The notes under the pieces: generated by a model
What the model saw: only the letters and a program-made list of their open reading frames with translations
Told to the model about the DNA's origin: nothing
The model's database searches: none
Shown: positions 21,414-31,682 of the stretch, in pieces
How the letters are laid out: each line of letters starts with the position of its first letter
Numbering within the stretch: position 1 is the stretch's first letter
DNA from: an uncultured Gemmatimonadaceae bacterium
Lineage (GTDB): Bacteria > Gemmatimonadota > Gemmatimonadetes > Gemmatimonadales > Gemmatimonadaceae
DNA: 64,000 nucleotides
Direction: 5' to 3'
NCBI GenBank assembly: GCA_963822945.1
Contig: CAWGJO010000004.1
Span: forward strand, 1-64,000
Made by a program: the position numbers and the translations under genes

Positions 21414-22619
21414 ATGAAACGACTTCCCTTCGCCGCGGTCTGCGCGGCGATCGTTGTGATTACAGCCCGGCCGGCCGAAGCGCAGCGCCCCGTGACGCGT
21501 GCCGAGGCCGTCGCGGCGGCGCTCGCCCACGGGCCGGCGCTCTCGCTGGCCGCGGCCGATACGTCCGCCGCGCGTGCCGTGCTCCTCGGCGCGCGGGAGT
21601 TCGCCAACCCCACGCTCAATCTGAGCGTGAGCAAGGATCCCCCGCAGCGGCACATCTACGCCGACATCCCGCTCGACTTTCCCTGGTTGCGGAACGCGCG
21701 CATCGCCAGCGCGCGGGCCGCGCGGTCGTCGGCGCTCGACCGGTTTGCGCTGCAGCGCGCGGCGGTCACCTTCGACGCCGAGACCACCTACGTGAATGCC
21801 GTGGTGGCCGATGCGCGCGCCCGGCTGTCGCGGCGCAACGCGCAGGACGCCGATTCGCTGCGCCGCATGGCGGTCGCCCGCCGGGACGCCGGCGACGCCA
21901 GCGATCTCGATGTGGAACTGGCGACGATCGCCGCCGGCAACCTGGAGAACGCGGCGCTCGCGGATTCGCTCACCGCCACCGCGGCGCTGCTCGATCTGCA
22001 GACGGTGATGGGCGAACCCAGCCGCCAGGTGCACATCGCGCTGGCGGACACGCTGTCGCTCACCGATACGGCGTCGACGGCTGAGGCGGGGACTCCGTAC
22101 GCCGTGCGGGCGGCCGAGCAGGCCGTGACGGCGGCCGACGAGGCGCTCACCGCGCAGCGGCGCAGCGTGTGGGGGTCGGCATCGGTCCAGGTCGGCGTGG
22201 ATTTCCACGACAACACCCAGAGCGGCTACCTGCCCCTGGTCGGCCTGGCGATTCCCCTGCCGCTGTTCAACCGCAACGGAAGCGGGGTTACGGCGGCGCA
22301 GGCGGAGCGCGATCGCGCCCGGGCCCAGCTGCGGCTCGTCGAACTGGAAAGCCAGCGTGACATCGCGCGCGTCACCGCAGCGCGGGCGATCGCGCTCCAG
22401 CGCGTGATGCGCGATCGGACCCTGCTCGCCAGCGCCGATCGCGTGGCCACCATGTCGCTCACCGCGTATCGCGAAGGCGCGGCCCCGCTCGCCACGGTGC
22501 TGCAGGCGCAGACCAACGCCCGCGACACCCTCGGCCAGTACATCCTCGACGTCGGCACGGCCAATGCGGCCGCGGCGGCGCTGCGACTCCTCACGGCTTC
22601 GGCACCCCGTACTCCATGA
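21414..22619 (+). CDS. TolC-family outer membrane efflux protein
   Basis: Signal peptide, IPLPLFNRN and helical repeats. First gene of a tripartite efflux operon. Confidence 0.88.
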   Translation: MKRLPFAAVCAAIVVITARPAEAQRPVTRAEAVAAALAHGPALSLAAADTSAARAVLLGAREFANPTLNLSVSKDPPQRHIYADIPLDFPWLRNARIASARAARSSALDRFALQRAAVTFDAETTYVNAVVADARARLSRRNAQDADSLRRMAVARRDAGDASDLDVELATIAAGNLENAALADSLTATAALLDLQTVMGEPSRQVHIALADTLSLTDTASTAEAGTPYAVRAAEQAVTAADEALTAQRRSVWGSASVQVGVDFHDNTQSGYLPLVGLAIPLPLFNRNGSGVTAAQAERDRARAQLRLVELESQRDIARVTAARAIALQRVMRDRTLLASADRVATMSLTAYREGAAPLATVLQAQTNARDTLGQYILDVGTANAAAAALRLLTASAPRTP

Positions 22620-23667
22620 AGACATTCGCTTCGTTCCTCGTCGCGCTCACGCTGTGCGCCTGCGGAGGTTCCGCGGGCGATCAGGGCGCCGGCACCTCGG
22701 CGGAAATCCCGCCCGTGGTCGGCGCGCGAACGGCGACGGTGGCTCCCCGCGCTTTCGTCGAGACCGTCGATGCCATCGGCGCCGTTACCCAGCGGCCCGG
22801 ACGCTTTGCCGCCATGGCGGCGCCGGCGCCCACGCGCGTCGCGCGTGTCTTCGTGACGCTGGGCCAGCACGTTCAGGCCGGCGACACCCTCGTCGAGTTC
22901 GAGCAGCAGAGCTTCAACGCCGACCTCGAGAGCGCGGACGCGGCGCTGGCCGGCGCCCAACAGACGTACGAACGGCAGCAGCGGCTGGCTGCGGAAGGCA
23001 TCGCGGCACGCAAGGACGTGGAACAGGCCAAGGCGGCGCTTGCCCAGGCCCGGGCGGCCCAGGTGGCCGCCCAACGCGACCAGCAGCTCGCCACGCTGCG
23101 CGCCCCGCTCGCCGGGGTGGTCACCGTGATGGATGCGGTGGTCGGCGCTTCGGCCGACCCGTCGCGGACGCTCGTCGAGGTCACCGATCCCCACGCGCTC
23201 GACGTGATGCTCCAGCTCACCGCGGAGCAGGCCGCCGCAGTGCGCGCCGGCCAGCCGGTGGTGCTGACCGCCGGCCAATCGGCGGACGGCGATTCGCTCG
23301 GGACGGGGCACGTGGCCGACATCGGCGTCGAACTCGATTCAGCAACACACACCGTGCCAGTGCGCGTCGTCGTGGCCCGGCCCACCCGCCCCCTGCGCGT
23401 CGGTGAGACCGTGATGGGACGCATCGTGGTCGCGACGCACCCGCACGGACTGGCCGTGCCCATCGAGGCCCTGGTGCCCGAAGGGGAGGGCTATCGGGTG
23501 TACGTCGTCGACTCGGCCGGGATCGCGCACGCGCGACAGGTCACCGTGGGGCGCGCACCGACCGGTACGCGGAGATCCTGCGGGGCGTGACGGCCGGCGA
23601 GACGGTGGTCAGCTACGGCGCCTACGGGGTCACCGACAGCGCGAAGATCCTCCGGGAGAAGCCGTGA
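22616..23667 (+). CDS. RND efflux periplasmic adaptor (frameshift near 23555)
   Basis: Lipobox, lipoyl halves (GQHVQAGDTL; LRAPLAGVV) and AVPIEAL. The C-terminus EILRGVTAGETVV is in a shifted frame. Confidence 0.9.
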
Positions 23668-26600
23668 GCGGCTCCCGGTCCGTGTTCGGCCTCGTCGCCA
23701 ACCAGCGGCGGTTCGTCTATCTCGCCGTCACGCTGCTGAGCGCGGCCGGCGTGTGGACCGCCACCCGGCTGCCGTCGGCGATCTATCCCGAGCTGCAGTT
23801 CCCTCGCGTGACGGTGCTGGCGGGCGGCTCCTCGCTCAGCGCGCAGCAGGAAGTGTTCAGCGTCACGCGACCGCTGGAGGAGGCACTCAGCACGGTCCTG
23901 TACGTGCGCCGCGTGGACTCCAAGTCGATCCGCGGGCAGACCGAGATCCAGATGCTGTTCGCGCCGAACACCGACATGATCTACGCGCTGCAGCTCGTGC
24001 GCGCCGCGATCGCGGAGGTGCAGCCGGAGCTGCCGTCGGGGGTCACCGTCACGGCCGACCGGATCACCCCGTCCGTGTATCCCATCCTCTCCTACAACGT
24101 CGAGGGCGGTGATCCGGCACAGCTCTACGACATCGCGCGCTACCAGATCAAGCCGATCATCTCGCGCGTGCCGAACGTGGGGCAGGTGGAGGTGCAGGGA
24201 TCGGATGTGCGGGAGGTGGAGGTGGTGGCCGATCCCGCCCGGTTGGCGCAGCACGGAATGAGCTACGACCGGTTCGGCGCCGCCATCCGCCAGGCGATCG
24301 CGGTGAATGCCATCGGGCGGGTGGATCGGAACTATCAGCAGTTCCTCGTCGTGACGGCGAACGAGGCGTACACGGTCAACGACATCGCAAACGTGGTGGT
24401 GGCGCCGGGCGTGCGGGTGCGCGACCTCGCCACGGTGCGCCTCGGCACCGAGGACCACACGACGGTCATCGCCGGGGACGGGCGCCCCGCGGCGCTGATC
24501 AACATCACCCGGCAGATCGGGGGGAACACACTGGCCATCGCCGACAGCGTGGCCGGCGCCATGCATGCGATTTCGGCGACGCTCCCTCCGGGCGTGCATC
24601 TGAAGGCGGTGTACGATCAGTCGGAACTCGTGCGCGACGCGGTGAAGGCGGTGCGCGATGCCATCATCATCGGCGCCGTGCTCGCCATCATCATCCTGCT
24701 GATCTTCCTCCGGCACGTGCGCATCACCGCCATCAGCGCGGCGTCGATCCCCCTCACGATGATGATCACGCTGTTCGTCATGGGGCTATTCAATCAGACG
24801 CTCAATCTGATGACGCTGGGCGCCATGGCCATCGCCATCGGCCTCGTGATCGACGATGCGGTGGTGATCACGGAGAACATCGTCCGGCATCTGCATCTGA
24901 CCGCCGATCGCACGACGGCGATCCGCGAAGCGGTGCAGGAGCTGATCTGGGCCGTCACGTCGTCCACGCTCACCACCGTGGTCGTGTTCCTGCCGCTGGG
25001 GCTGCTCGAGGGCGTCGTGGGACAGTTCTTCAAGGCGCTGTCGCTCACGCTCACCATCGCCGTGCTCGTGTCGCTCGTGCTGGCGTTCACGATCATCCCG
25101 CTGCTCAGTGAGCAGTACGTGACCGAGCGGGATGCGGAATTCGAGCCGGCGGCGGGAACGCCCGCCGGCCGCGGCGTGCTGCATGCCGTCGGGCGTTGGG
25201 TCGACGCGCTCTCGGATGTGTACGAGCGCGCCCTGTCGGCCGTGCTGCGCCACCGGGCCTGGGTGTTCGGGGCCGGCCTCGCGTTGGCCGCGGCGGGCTA
25301 CGTCACGTACCGCGGGGCGTCCACGGGCTTCCTGCCGGACATGGACGAGGGGTCGTTCATTCTCGACTACTGGCTGCCCCAGGGGACGTCGCTCGCCGAA
25401 TCCGACCGGGAACTCCGCCAGGTGGAACGCATCGTGGCGCAGGTACCCGAAATCTCCGGTACGTCGCGCCGCCTGGGCGCCGAACTCGGGCTGTTCGCCA
25501 CGCAGCAGAACCGCGGCGACATCACCGTGCGCCTCGTGCCTCCCAGCCAGCGGCGCCGCACCATCTTCCAGGTGATCAGCCAGCTGCGGGATACCCTGGC
25601 CATCGCGGCGCCGCAAGTGCGGATCGAGTTCGTGCAGATCCTCTCCGACGCGTTGAACGACATGTCCGGGGTGACCAACCCGGTGGAGATCAAGCTGTTC
25701 GGCGACGATCTCGACACGCTGGAGACCTACGCGGCATCGCTCCAGGGGCCGCTGGGGAAGGTGCCGGGGGTGGAGGACCTGTTCGACGGCGTGGTGGATC
25801 CGACGCCGGAACTGGCCGTCCGCGTGCACGGGGCCGCGGCGGCACGGCTGGGGCTCACGCCCGAGGAGGTGGCCGCGCAGGCGAGCGGCGCCCTGCTCGG
25901 CGTGCCGGCGGGGCAGATGTACCTCCAGGACCGCGCGATCGGCGTGCGCGTGCGCGCGCCCGACTCGGTGCGCTACGACCCCGCGGATCTCCCCGGCATT
26001 CCCATCGTTCCGGCGGCGGGCGGGGCCGCGACCCCGCTGGCCTCCCTGGCCTCGATCTCGCGCATCGAATCGCGCAGCGAGCTCACGCGCGAGAATCAGC
26101 AGCAGGAGATCACCATGACCTCCGACCTCGGCGACCGGGCGCTCGGCGACGTGATCAAGGACGTCAAGGGCGTGCTGGCGGCGCATCCGGCGCCCGCCGG
26201 CGTGCGCATCGAACTGGCCGGACAGTACGAGAGCCAGCAGAACGCGTTTCGGCAGATGTTGCTCGTGCTCGCGCTCGCGGCGGCGAGCGTCGTGGCCGTG
26301 ATGCTCATCCAGTTCCGTTCCTTCGTCGAGCCGTTCGCCATTCTCATCGCGGCGCCGCTCTCGTTCGTGGGCGCCATGCTGTTGTTGCTGCTCACCGGCA
26401 CGGCGCTCAACGTGTCGTCGCTCATGGGAATGATCCTGTTGGTCGGCCTCATCGTGAAGAACGGCATCATCCTGCTCGACTTCACCCGATGGCGCATGGT
26501 GCACGCCGGCATGGAGCTGGAATCGGCGATCCTCGACGCGGCGCGCGTGCGTCTGCGGCCGATCCTCATGACGACGCTGTGCACGCTGTTCGGACTGCTG

Positions 26601-26765
26601 CCGCTGGCGCTGGGCATCGGCGCCGGAAGCGAGATGCAGAAGCCGCTCGCGCTGGCCGTGATCGGCGGATTGGGGCTCTCCACGCCGATCACGCTGTTCG
26701 TCGTCCCGACCCTCGTCGTCGCCATTCGGGGGAGGGGCTATCGGTTGGAACCCGACGTGGACTAG
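23664..26765 (+). CDS. RND efflux permease (CusA/CzcA/AcrB superfamily)
   Basis: 1033 aa with GLVIDDAVVITENI, VKNGIILLD, RLRPILMTT and PLALAVIGG. Confidence 0.95.
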   Translation: MSGSRSVFGLVANQRRFVYLAVTLLSAAGVWTATRLPSAIYPELQFPRVTVLAGGSSLSAQQEVFSVTRPLEEALSTVLYVRRVDSKSIRGQTEIQMLFAPNTDMIYALQLVRAAIAEVQPELPSGVTVTADRITPSVYPILSYNVEGGDPAQLYDIARYQIKPIISRVPNVGQVEVQGSDVREVEVVADPARLAQHGMSYDRFGAAIRQAIAVNAIGRVDRNYQQFLVVTANEAYTVNDIANVVVAPGVRVRDLATVRLGTEDHTTVIAGDGRPAALINITRQIGGNTLAIADSVAGAMHAISATLPPGVHLKAVYDQSELVRDAVKAVRDAIIIGAVLAIIILLIFLRHVRITAISAASIPLTMMITLFVMGLFNQTLNLMTLGAMAIAIGLVIDDAVVITENIVRHLHLTADRTTAIREAVQELIWAVTSSTLTTVVVFLPLGLLEGVVGQFFKALSLTLTIAVLVSLVLAFTIIPLLSEQYVTERDAEFEPAAGTPAGRGVLHAVGRWVDALSDVYERALSAVLRHRAWVFGAGLALAAAGYVTYRGASTGFLPDMDEGSFILDYWLPQGTSLAESDRELRQVERIVAQVPEISGTSRRLGAELGLFATQQNRGDITVRLVPPSQRRRTIFQVISQLRDTLAIAAPQVRIEFVQILSDALNDMSGVTNPVEIKLFGDDLDTLETYAASLQGPLGKVPGVEDLFDGVVDPTPELAVRVHGAAAARLGLTPEEVAAQASGALLGVPAGQMYLQDRAIGVRVRAPDSVRYDPADLPGIPIVPAAGGAATPLASLASISRIESRSELTRENQQQEITMTSDLGDRALGDVIKDVKGVLAAHPAPAGVRIELAGQYESQQNAFRQMLLVLALAAASVVAVMLIQFRSFVEPFAILIAAPLSFVGAMLLLLLTGTALNVSSLMGMILLVGLIVKNGIILLDFTRWRMVHAGMELESAILDAARVRLRPILMTTLCTLFGLLPLALGIGAGSEMQKPLALAVIGGLGLSTPITLFVVPTLVVAIRGRGYRLEPDVD

Positions 26766-26845
26766 GGCATCCGCCGCTGGCCGCACGGCGGTCACCTTCG
26801 TACAATTCGGGTAGGACACGCTGACCCTCCCCCGAGGAGCATCCG

Positions 26846-27337
26846 ATGACCGACCCGACCTTCCGCGACCTGACCTCGGAAGAATGCGAGGCCCTGCTGG
26901 CGGTGAACCACGTGGGGCGCCTGGCGTTCACGTTCAAGGATCGCGTCGACATCGAACCCATCCACTACGTGTTCGAGAACGGGTGGATCTACGGACGCAC
27001 GGCCGAAGGCAGCAAGCTGACCACCATCGGCCATCATCCGTACGTGGCGTTCGAGGTGGACGAGGTCCGCGCGATCTTCGACTGGCGGAGCGTGGTGGCG
27101 CACGGCACGGTGTACGTGCTCCAGGCAGGCGACGGTGAAGCCAACGCCGCCGAGTACGCGCGGGCGGTGGAGGTGCTCAGGCGCTTCGTGCCGCGCACGC
27201 TCAAGGCCGGCGATCCGGTGCCCTTCCGTACGGTGCTGTTCGGTATCCACGTGGATGAATTGCAGGGACGCGAGGCGCGGCAGGTGAAACGCCGCCGGAC
27301 ACACCGCGACAAGAGCACCGGGAAGAGCGGCAAGTAG
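26846..27337 (+). CDS. Pyridoxamine 5'-phosphate oxidase-like flavin-binding protein
   Basis: ECEALL...VGRLAF, GSKL, VAFEVD and WRSVV. GAGGAG RBS; TACAAT -10 at 26801. Confidence 0.85.
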   Translation: MTDPTFRDLTSEECEALLAVNHVGRLAFTFKDRVDIEPIHYVFENGWIYGRTAEGSKLTTIGHHPYVAFEVDEVRAIFDWRSVVAHGTVYVLQAGDGEANAAEYARAVEVLRRFVPRTLKAGDPVPFRTVLFGIHVDELQGREARQVKRRRTHRDKSTGKSGK

Positions 27338-27485
27338 CGCCCTGGGGGGTGGACGCTGCGGCAACCCGCGGAAGGACGCGGCCGGGCACTACCGTTTGGT
27401 GCCCACCCCGTTCATCTTGCAGGGTACATGCGAGGGGCACGCACCCCGTGCCGTGCCCACGTAGCCCACCCGTTTCTCGACGCTC

Positions 27486-27950
27486 ATGCCGAAGTCCAAG
27501 TCAGTCACGGCGACCGCCGACCCGCCTGCCTCACTGCTCAGCGTCGCCGATGCGCTCTGCCGGTCCGCCGCCGAATGCTGTCGACAGCACGATCGCGTGG
27601 CCCGGATCGTGGAACGTTCCGACGTCGAAGTCGAGGTGACCTTCGCCCAGCAGTTCTGTGAAGTGATCCATACCGGACTCGGCAAGTTGCTCGACGTCTA
27701 CGAGCGGGCGGCCGCCGAAGCGCCGGGCGAGGGCGAGCCCTGGCGCCAACGCGCCAATGCGCTGCAGCATGCGGCCCGCGACTATCTGCGGCGCCACAAC
27801 GAGTGCGATCTGGCGGCACGCAAGCTGCACCGCCACGATTCCCAACTCCTCGCCACGCTGGCGCTGGAGTTCGAGTTCGAGGCGTCGGCTCTGCTCTCGC
27901 TTCGCCACGCCACCGAGGCGTATCGTAAGGAGCGGCCGGACGCCGCCTGA
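27486..27950 (+). CDS. Hypothetical alpha-helical protein
   Basis: 154-aa ORF with genome-typical codon usage, co-oriented with its neighbours. Confidence 0.7.
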   Translation: MPKSKSVTATADPPASLLSVADALCRSAAECCRQHDRVARIVERSDVEVEVTFAQQFCEVIHTGLGKLLDVYERAAAEAPGEGEPWRQRANALQHAARDYLRRHNECDLAARKLHRHDSQLLATLALEFEFEASALLSLRHATEAYRKERPDAA

Positions 27951-27977
27951 CGACCTTCTCGCTTCCCGCTGTATTGA

Positions 27978-28550
27978 ATGACCAAACAGAAATCAGCGAC
28001 GCGGCGGCCGAACCCCTGGTTCCGCCTCCGCCGCTCTCGTATTCAGGGCACCGGCGCCTTTGCCCGCGTCGACATTCCCAAGGGCACCCGCATCATCGAG
28101 TATGTGGGCGAACACATCACCCCGGCCGAGGCCGACCGGCGCTATCCGGATGACGACCGGTCGTCGCGCCACCACACGTTCCTGTTCACGCTCAACCAGC
28201 GCACGGTCATCGATGCTGCGCACCAGGGCAACGCGGCGCGGTTCATCAACCACTCGTGCGATCCAAACTGCGATGCCGTCATCGAGCGCGGGCACATCTG
28301 GATCTACGCCATCAAGGACATCCCCAAAGGCGCCGAGCTCGCGTACGACTACCAGTTCGAGCACGTGCCCGACTACACCGAGGAAGACCTGGCGCTCTAC
28401 CTGTGCCGGTGCGGGAGCGCCAACTGCCGGGGGACCATCGTGAAGGTGGATCGCCGGCGGAAGCTCACCCGCCGCTGGGAAGCGAAGCGGCGCGAGGCGC
28501 ACCATCACGCGGCCAGCCGCCACGCCAGCCGGACGCTCCACAAGTCGTGA
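27978..28550 (+). CDS. SET-domain protein-lysine N-methyltransferase
   Basis: SRIQGTGAFA, EYVGE, ARFINHSCDPN, ELAYDY and post-SET CRCGSANCRG. Confidence 0.93.
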   Translation: MTKQKSATRRPNPWFRLRRSRIQGTGAFARVDIPKGTRIIEYVGEHITPAEADRRYPDDDRSSRHHTFLFTLNQRTVIDAAHQGNAARFINHSCDPNCDAVIERGHIWIYAIKDIPKGAELAYDYQFEHVPDYTEEDLALYLCRCGSANCRGTIVKVDRRRKLTRRWEAKRREAHHHAASRHASRTLHKS

Positions 28551-28565
28551 CCGGTTCCGCGTCCC

Positions 28566-29459
28566 GTGTCTCCGCCCATGACGGCGCTCCTCGAGCGCGT
28601 GGTGGATTACGCGGGGCTCTTTCCGCCCGCCCGGCTCGGCATGGAAGCCGCCGTCCGTGCCTACGCCGAGTATCGCCAGGGGCCCGACGCGTGGATGCTG
28701 GGCCGGTTCGTGGTGCCGGCGTCGCGTCTGGAGGAGTTCGAGATCGACGGTGGCGCGCTGCTGCCCGACAGCGCGTCCGCGTCGTGGGCCCTGAGCGCGC
28801 TGGTGGGTGCGGACGTCGAACTCGACGTGCGCTCCATCGAGCGCTTCAACGACCGGCACCGCGACGCGCGCCACGGCGCCGTGCACGTGGACACCGTGGA
28901 GCTGAAGGCGGCGGCGGTGGACGACGTCCGGCGCGCCGAGGCGTTCATCGGCGCGTTCGACGCCTTCGTCGAAGTGCCGGTCGGGGACGATCCGGAATCG
29001 CTCATCGCCGCCATCGGCGACATCGGGGCCAAGGCCAAGATCCGCACCGGCGGCCTGACGCCGGAGGCCATCCCGTCCGCTTCGAACGTGGTGCGCTTTC
29101 TGCGGCGCTGCGTGCAGCAGGACGTCGCCTTCAAGGCCACCGCCGGGCTGCATCACCCGATCCGCGCCGAGTACCCGCTCACCTACGAACCCGACGCGCC
29201 GCGGGGCGTGATGTACGGGTTCCTGAACGTATTCCTCACGGCGGCGTTCGTCCGCCACGGCCTCGACGACACCGCCGCGGTCGAGCTGCTCGAGGAGCGC
29301 GACGTGTCGGCCTTCCGCGTGAACGGCGACCGCCTGGAGTGGCGCGATCACGCGGTCACCGCCGACCAGTTGCGGGCGGCGCGCCGCGACGTGGTGGCGT
29401 TCGGCTCGTGTTCCTTCCGCGAGCCGGTGGACGACCTGCGCACCCTGGGGCTGCTATGA
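28566..29459 (+). CDS. Conserved hypothetical protein translationally coupled to fahA
   Basis: VDYAGLFPP, AKIRTGG, FKATAGLHHP and FGSCSFREP. Its stop overlaps the fahA ATG. Confidence 0.85.
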   Translation: MSPPMTALLERVVDYAGLFPPARLGMEAAVRAYAEYRQGPDAWMLGRFVVPASRLEEFEIDGGALLPDSASASWALSALVGADVELDVRSIERFNDRHRDARHGAVHVDTVELKAAAVDDVRRAEAFIGAFDAFVEVPVGDDPESLIAAIGDIGAKAKIRTGGLTPEAIPSASNVVRFLRRCVQQDVAFKATAGLHHPIRAEYPLTYEPDAPRGVMYGFLNVFLTAAFVRHGLDDTAAVELLEERDVSAFRVNGDRLEWRDHAVTADQLRAARRDVVAFGSCSFREPVDDLRTLGLL

Positions 29460-30780
29460 GCGCCGTCATCGATCACACGCACGATCCCGCTCTGCGATCG
29501 TGGGTTTCCGGCGCCGACGCGCCGGGAACCGATTTCCCGATTCAGAATCTTCCGTTCGGCGTGTTCCGGCGGCGCGGGGACGCGGCCCCGCCGCACGGGG
29601 GCGTCGCCATCGGTGACCGGGTGCTCGACGTGCCGGCGCTGGCCGAGTTGGGACTCGTCTCCGGTGCCGCGCTCACCGCGGCGCGCGCAGCGGCCTCCGA
29701 CTCGCTGAACGCGCTGATGGCCCTGTCACCCGATGCGGTGCGCGCCCTGCGCCACGCCCTGGTCGAACTGTTGCGGGTGGGGGGCGCGGGGCAGGCCCAC
29801 GCCGACCGCCTGCTCGTGCCGATGGCCGGGGCCGAGTTGTTCGTGCCGGCGCGCGTGGGCGACTACACGGATTTCTACGCGTCCATCTACCACGCCACCA
29901 ACGTCGGTTCGATGTTCCGCCCGGACAATCCGCTGCTGCCCAACTACAAGTACGTGCCCATCGGATACCACGGGCGCGCGTCGTCCATCGTCGCCAGCGG
30001 CGCCGGTGTGCGGCGCCCATGGGGGCAGACGCGCAACGCACCAGACCGGCCGCCCAGTTCGGCCCCTCGCGCCGGCTCGACTACGAACTGGAGGTCGGGA
30101 TGTACGTGGGCCCGGGCAATACGCTCGGCCGCGCGGTGCCGATCGCGGAGGCCGAAGACCATGTGTTCGGACTCGGACTGGTGAACGACTGGTCGGCCCG
30201 CGATATCCAGACCTGGGAGTATCAGCCGTTGGGGCCGTTCCTCGCCAAGAACTTCGCCACCACGGTCTCACCCTGGGTGGTGACGCTCGATGCACTGGCG
30301 CCCTTCCGCGCGCCCGCGTTCGCGCGGGCCGAGGGCGATCCCGCTCCGCTGCCCTACCTGGCCGGACCGGCGGAGCAGGCGGGGTTCGACGTGACGCTCG
30401 AGGTGTGGCTGAGCAGCCCGGCCATGCGCGCGGCGGGGGCTGAGCCGATGCTCGTGAGCCGCGGCAGCTTCACCAACATGTACTGGACGGTGGCGCAACT
30501 CGTGGCGCACCACACCAGCAACGGGTGCAACCTGCAGCCCGGCGATCTGCTGGCGAGCGGCACCGTGTCGGGGCCCGAAAAGGACTCCCGCGGCTGCCTG
30601 CTGGAGCGCACGTGGAAGGGGACCGAGCCGCTGCAGCTTCCCGGCGGCGAGACGCGCACCTTCCTGGAGGACGGCGACGAGGTGGTGCTGCGCGGCTACT
30701 GCGAACGCGACGGCCGCGCGCGCATCGGCTTCGGCGAGTGCCGCGGCCGGATCGAGCCGGCCGCGGCCGCCGCCGGCTAG
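29456..30780 (+). CDS. fahA: Fumarylacetoacetase (frameshift near 30040)
   Basis: FPIQNLPFG, GDYTDFY, PIGYHGRASS, LDYELE, NDWSARDIQ.WEYQPLGPF and GDLLASGT. Confidence 0.95.
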
Positions 30781-31574
30781 TTGATCCGCTCGATCTTGGA
30801 CGTGGCCGTGGTGCCGATGTCGTAGGACACGCCGGCGTCGGTGAGCGTGAGCGTCGCCTTCACGTTCTCCTGGCCCTGGCCGCCCAGGAAGTTCCCGTCG
30901 TGCGACAGGAACACCATGCCCGTGCCCGTCGACGTGCCGTCCATCGACGCGTTCTGCCCCTGGATGTTGCCCAGGCCGGACGTCGTGGACGAGGAGTTGC
31001 GCGTGATCTTCCAGGCCGTCGTGCTGCCGATCGTCGTATCGCCGGCCACGGTGAAGGTCGAGATCACCTGTCGCTTGACGTTGAGGCCGCTCTGCATGGT
31101 GGACATGGTGGTCGTGTCGGTCCACGTGGCGCCGGGCGCCATCGGCTTGCGGACGCGCGGCAGGATGTGCACGAGCTGATCGGCCACGCTCTCGAGCGCC
31201 GCCGCGGTGTCGCCGACGGCGGCCTTGGAGTAGAACTCGCCGGTCGGGGAGAGCAGCGCCTGCACCTGCTTGCCCATCAGCGCGTCGAGCCCCGGCGTGG
31301 GGCCCATGGAGGTCGTCTGGGTGATCGAATCGATGGTGACCGTCATGGCCAGCGTGTCCGGCGCCTTCTGGGCCAGCGCCATCGTGAACTTCTGCCCCGA
31401 ATTCAACTCGGCGTCGTTGCTCTGACCCATCACCGTCTGCGTGATCTTGGCGTCGACGGTCATGCGGTAGTGCGACGTGCCGGGCGCATACTGGAACTGC
31501 TGGGCCGCGGCCGTGCCGAAGGGAAGGATCAGGGCACAGGCGAGCGCCGCGGGGGTGATGGCGCGAACGAACAT
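30777..31574 (-). CDS. Hypothetical exported Thr/Ser-rich beta-strand protein
   Basis: Signal peptide ending AAAQ and GGAG RBS. Confidence 0.75.
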   Translation of the reverse strand: MFVRAITPAALACALILPFGTAAAQQFQYAPGTSHYRMTVDAKITQTVMGQSNDAELNSGQKFTMALAQKAPDTLAMTVTIDSITQTTSMGPTPGLDALMGKQVQALLSPTGEFYSKAAVGDTAAALESVADQLVHILPRVRKPMAPGATWTDTTTMSTMQSGLNVKRQVISTFTVAGDTTIGSTTAWKITRNSSSTTSGLGNIQGQNASMDGTSTGTGMVFLSHDGNFLGGQGQENVKATLTLTDAGVSYDIGTTATSKIERIN

Positions 31575-31682
31575 GGAATCTCCCGAATCGTGAATTGGCG
31601 TCACTACAGGGCGCGCACCGGCGTACCGGACGCGCAGACTCTGAAAATTAGTGGCCCGCCCGCCCGGGTGCCATTCCGAAAG

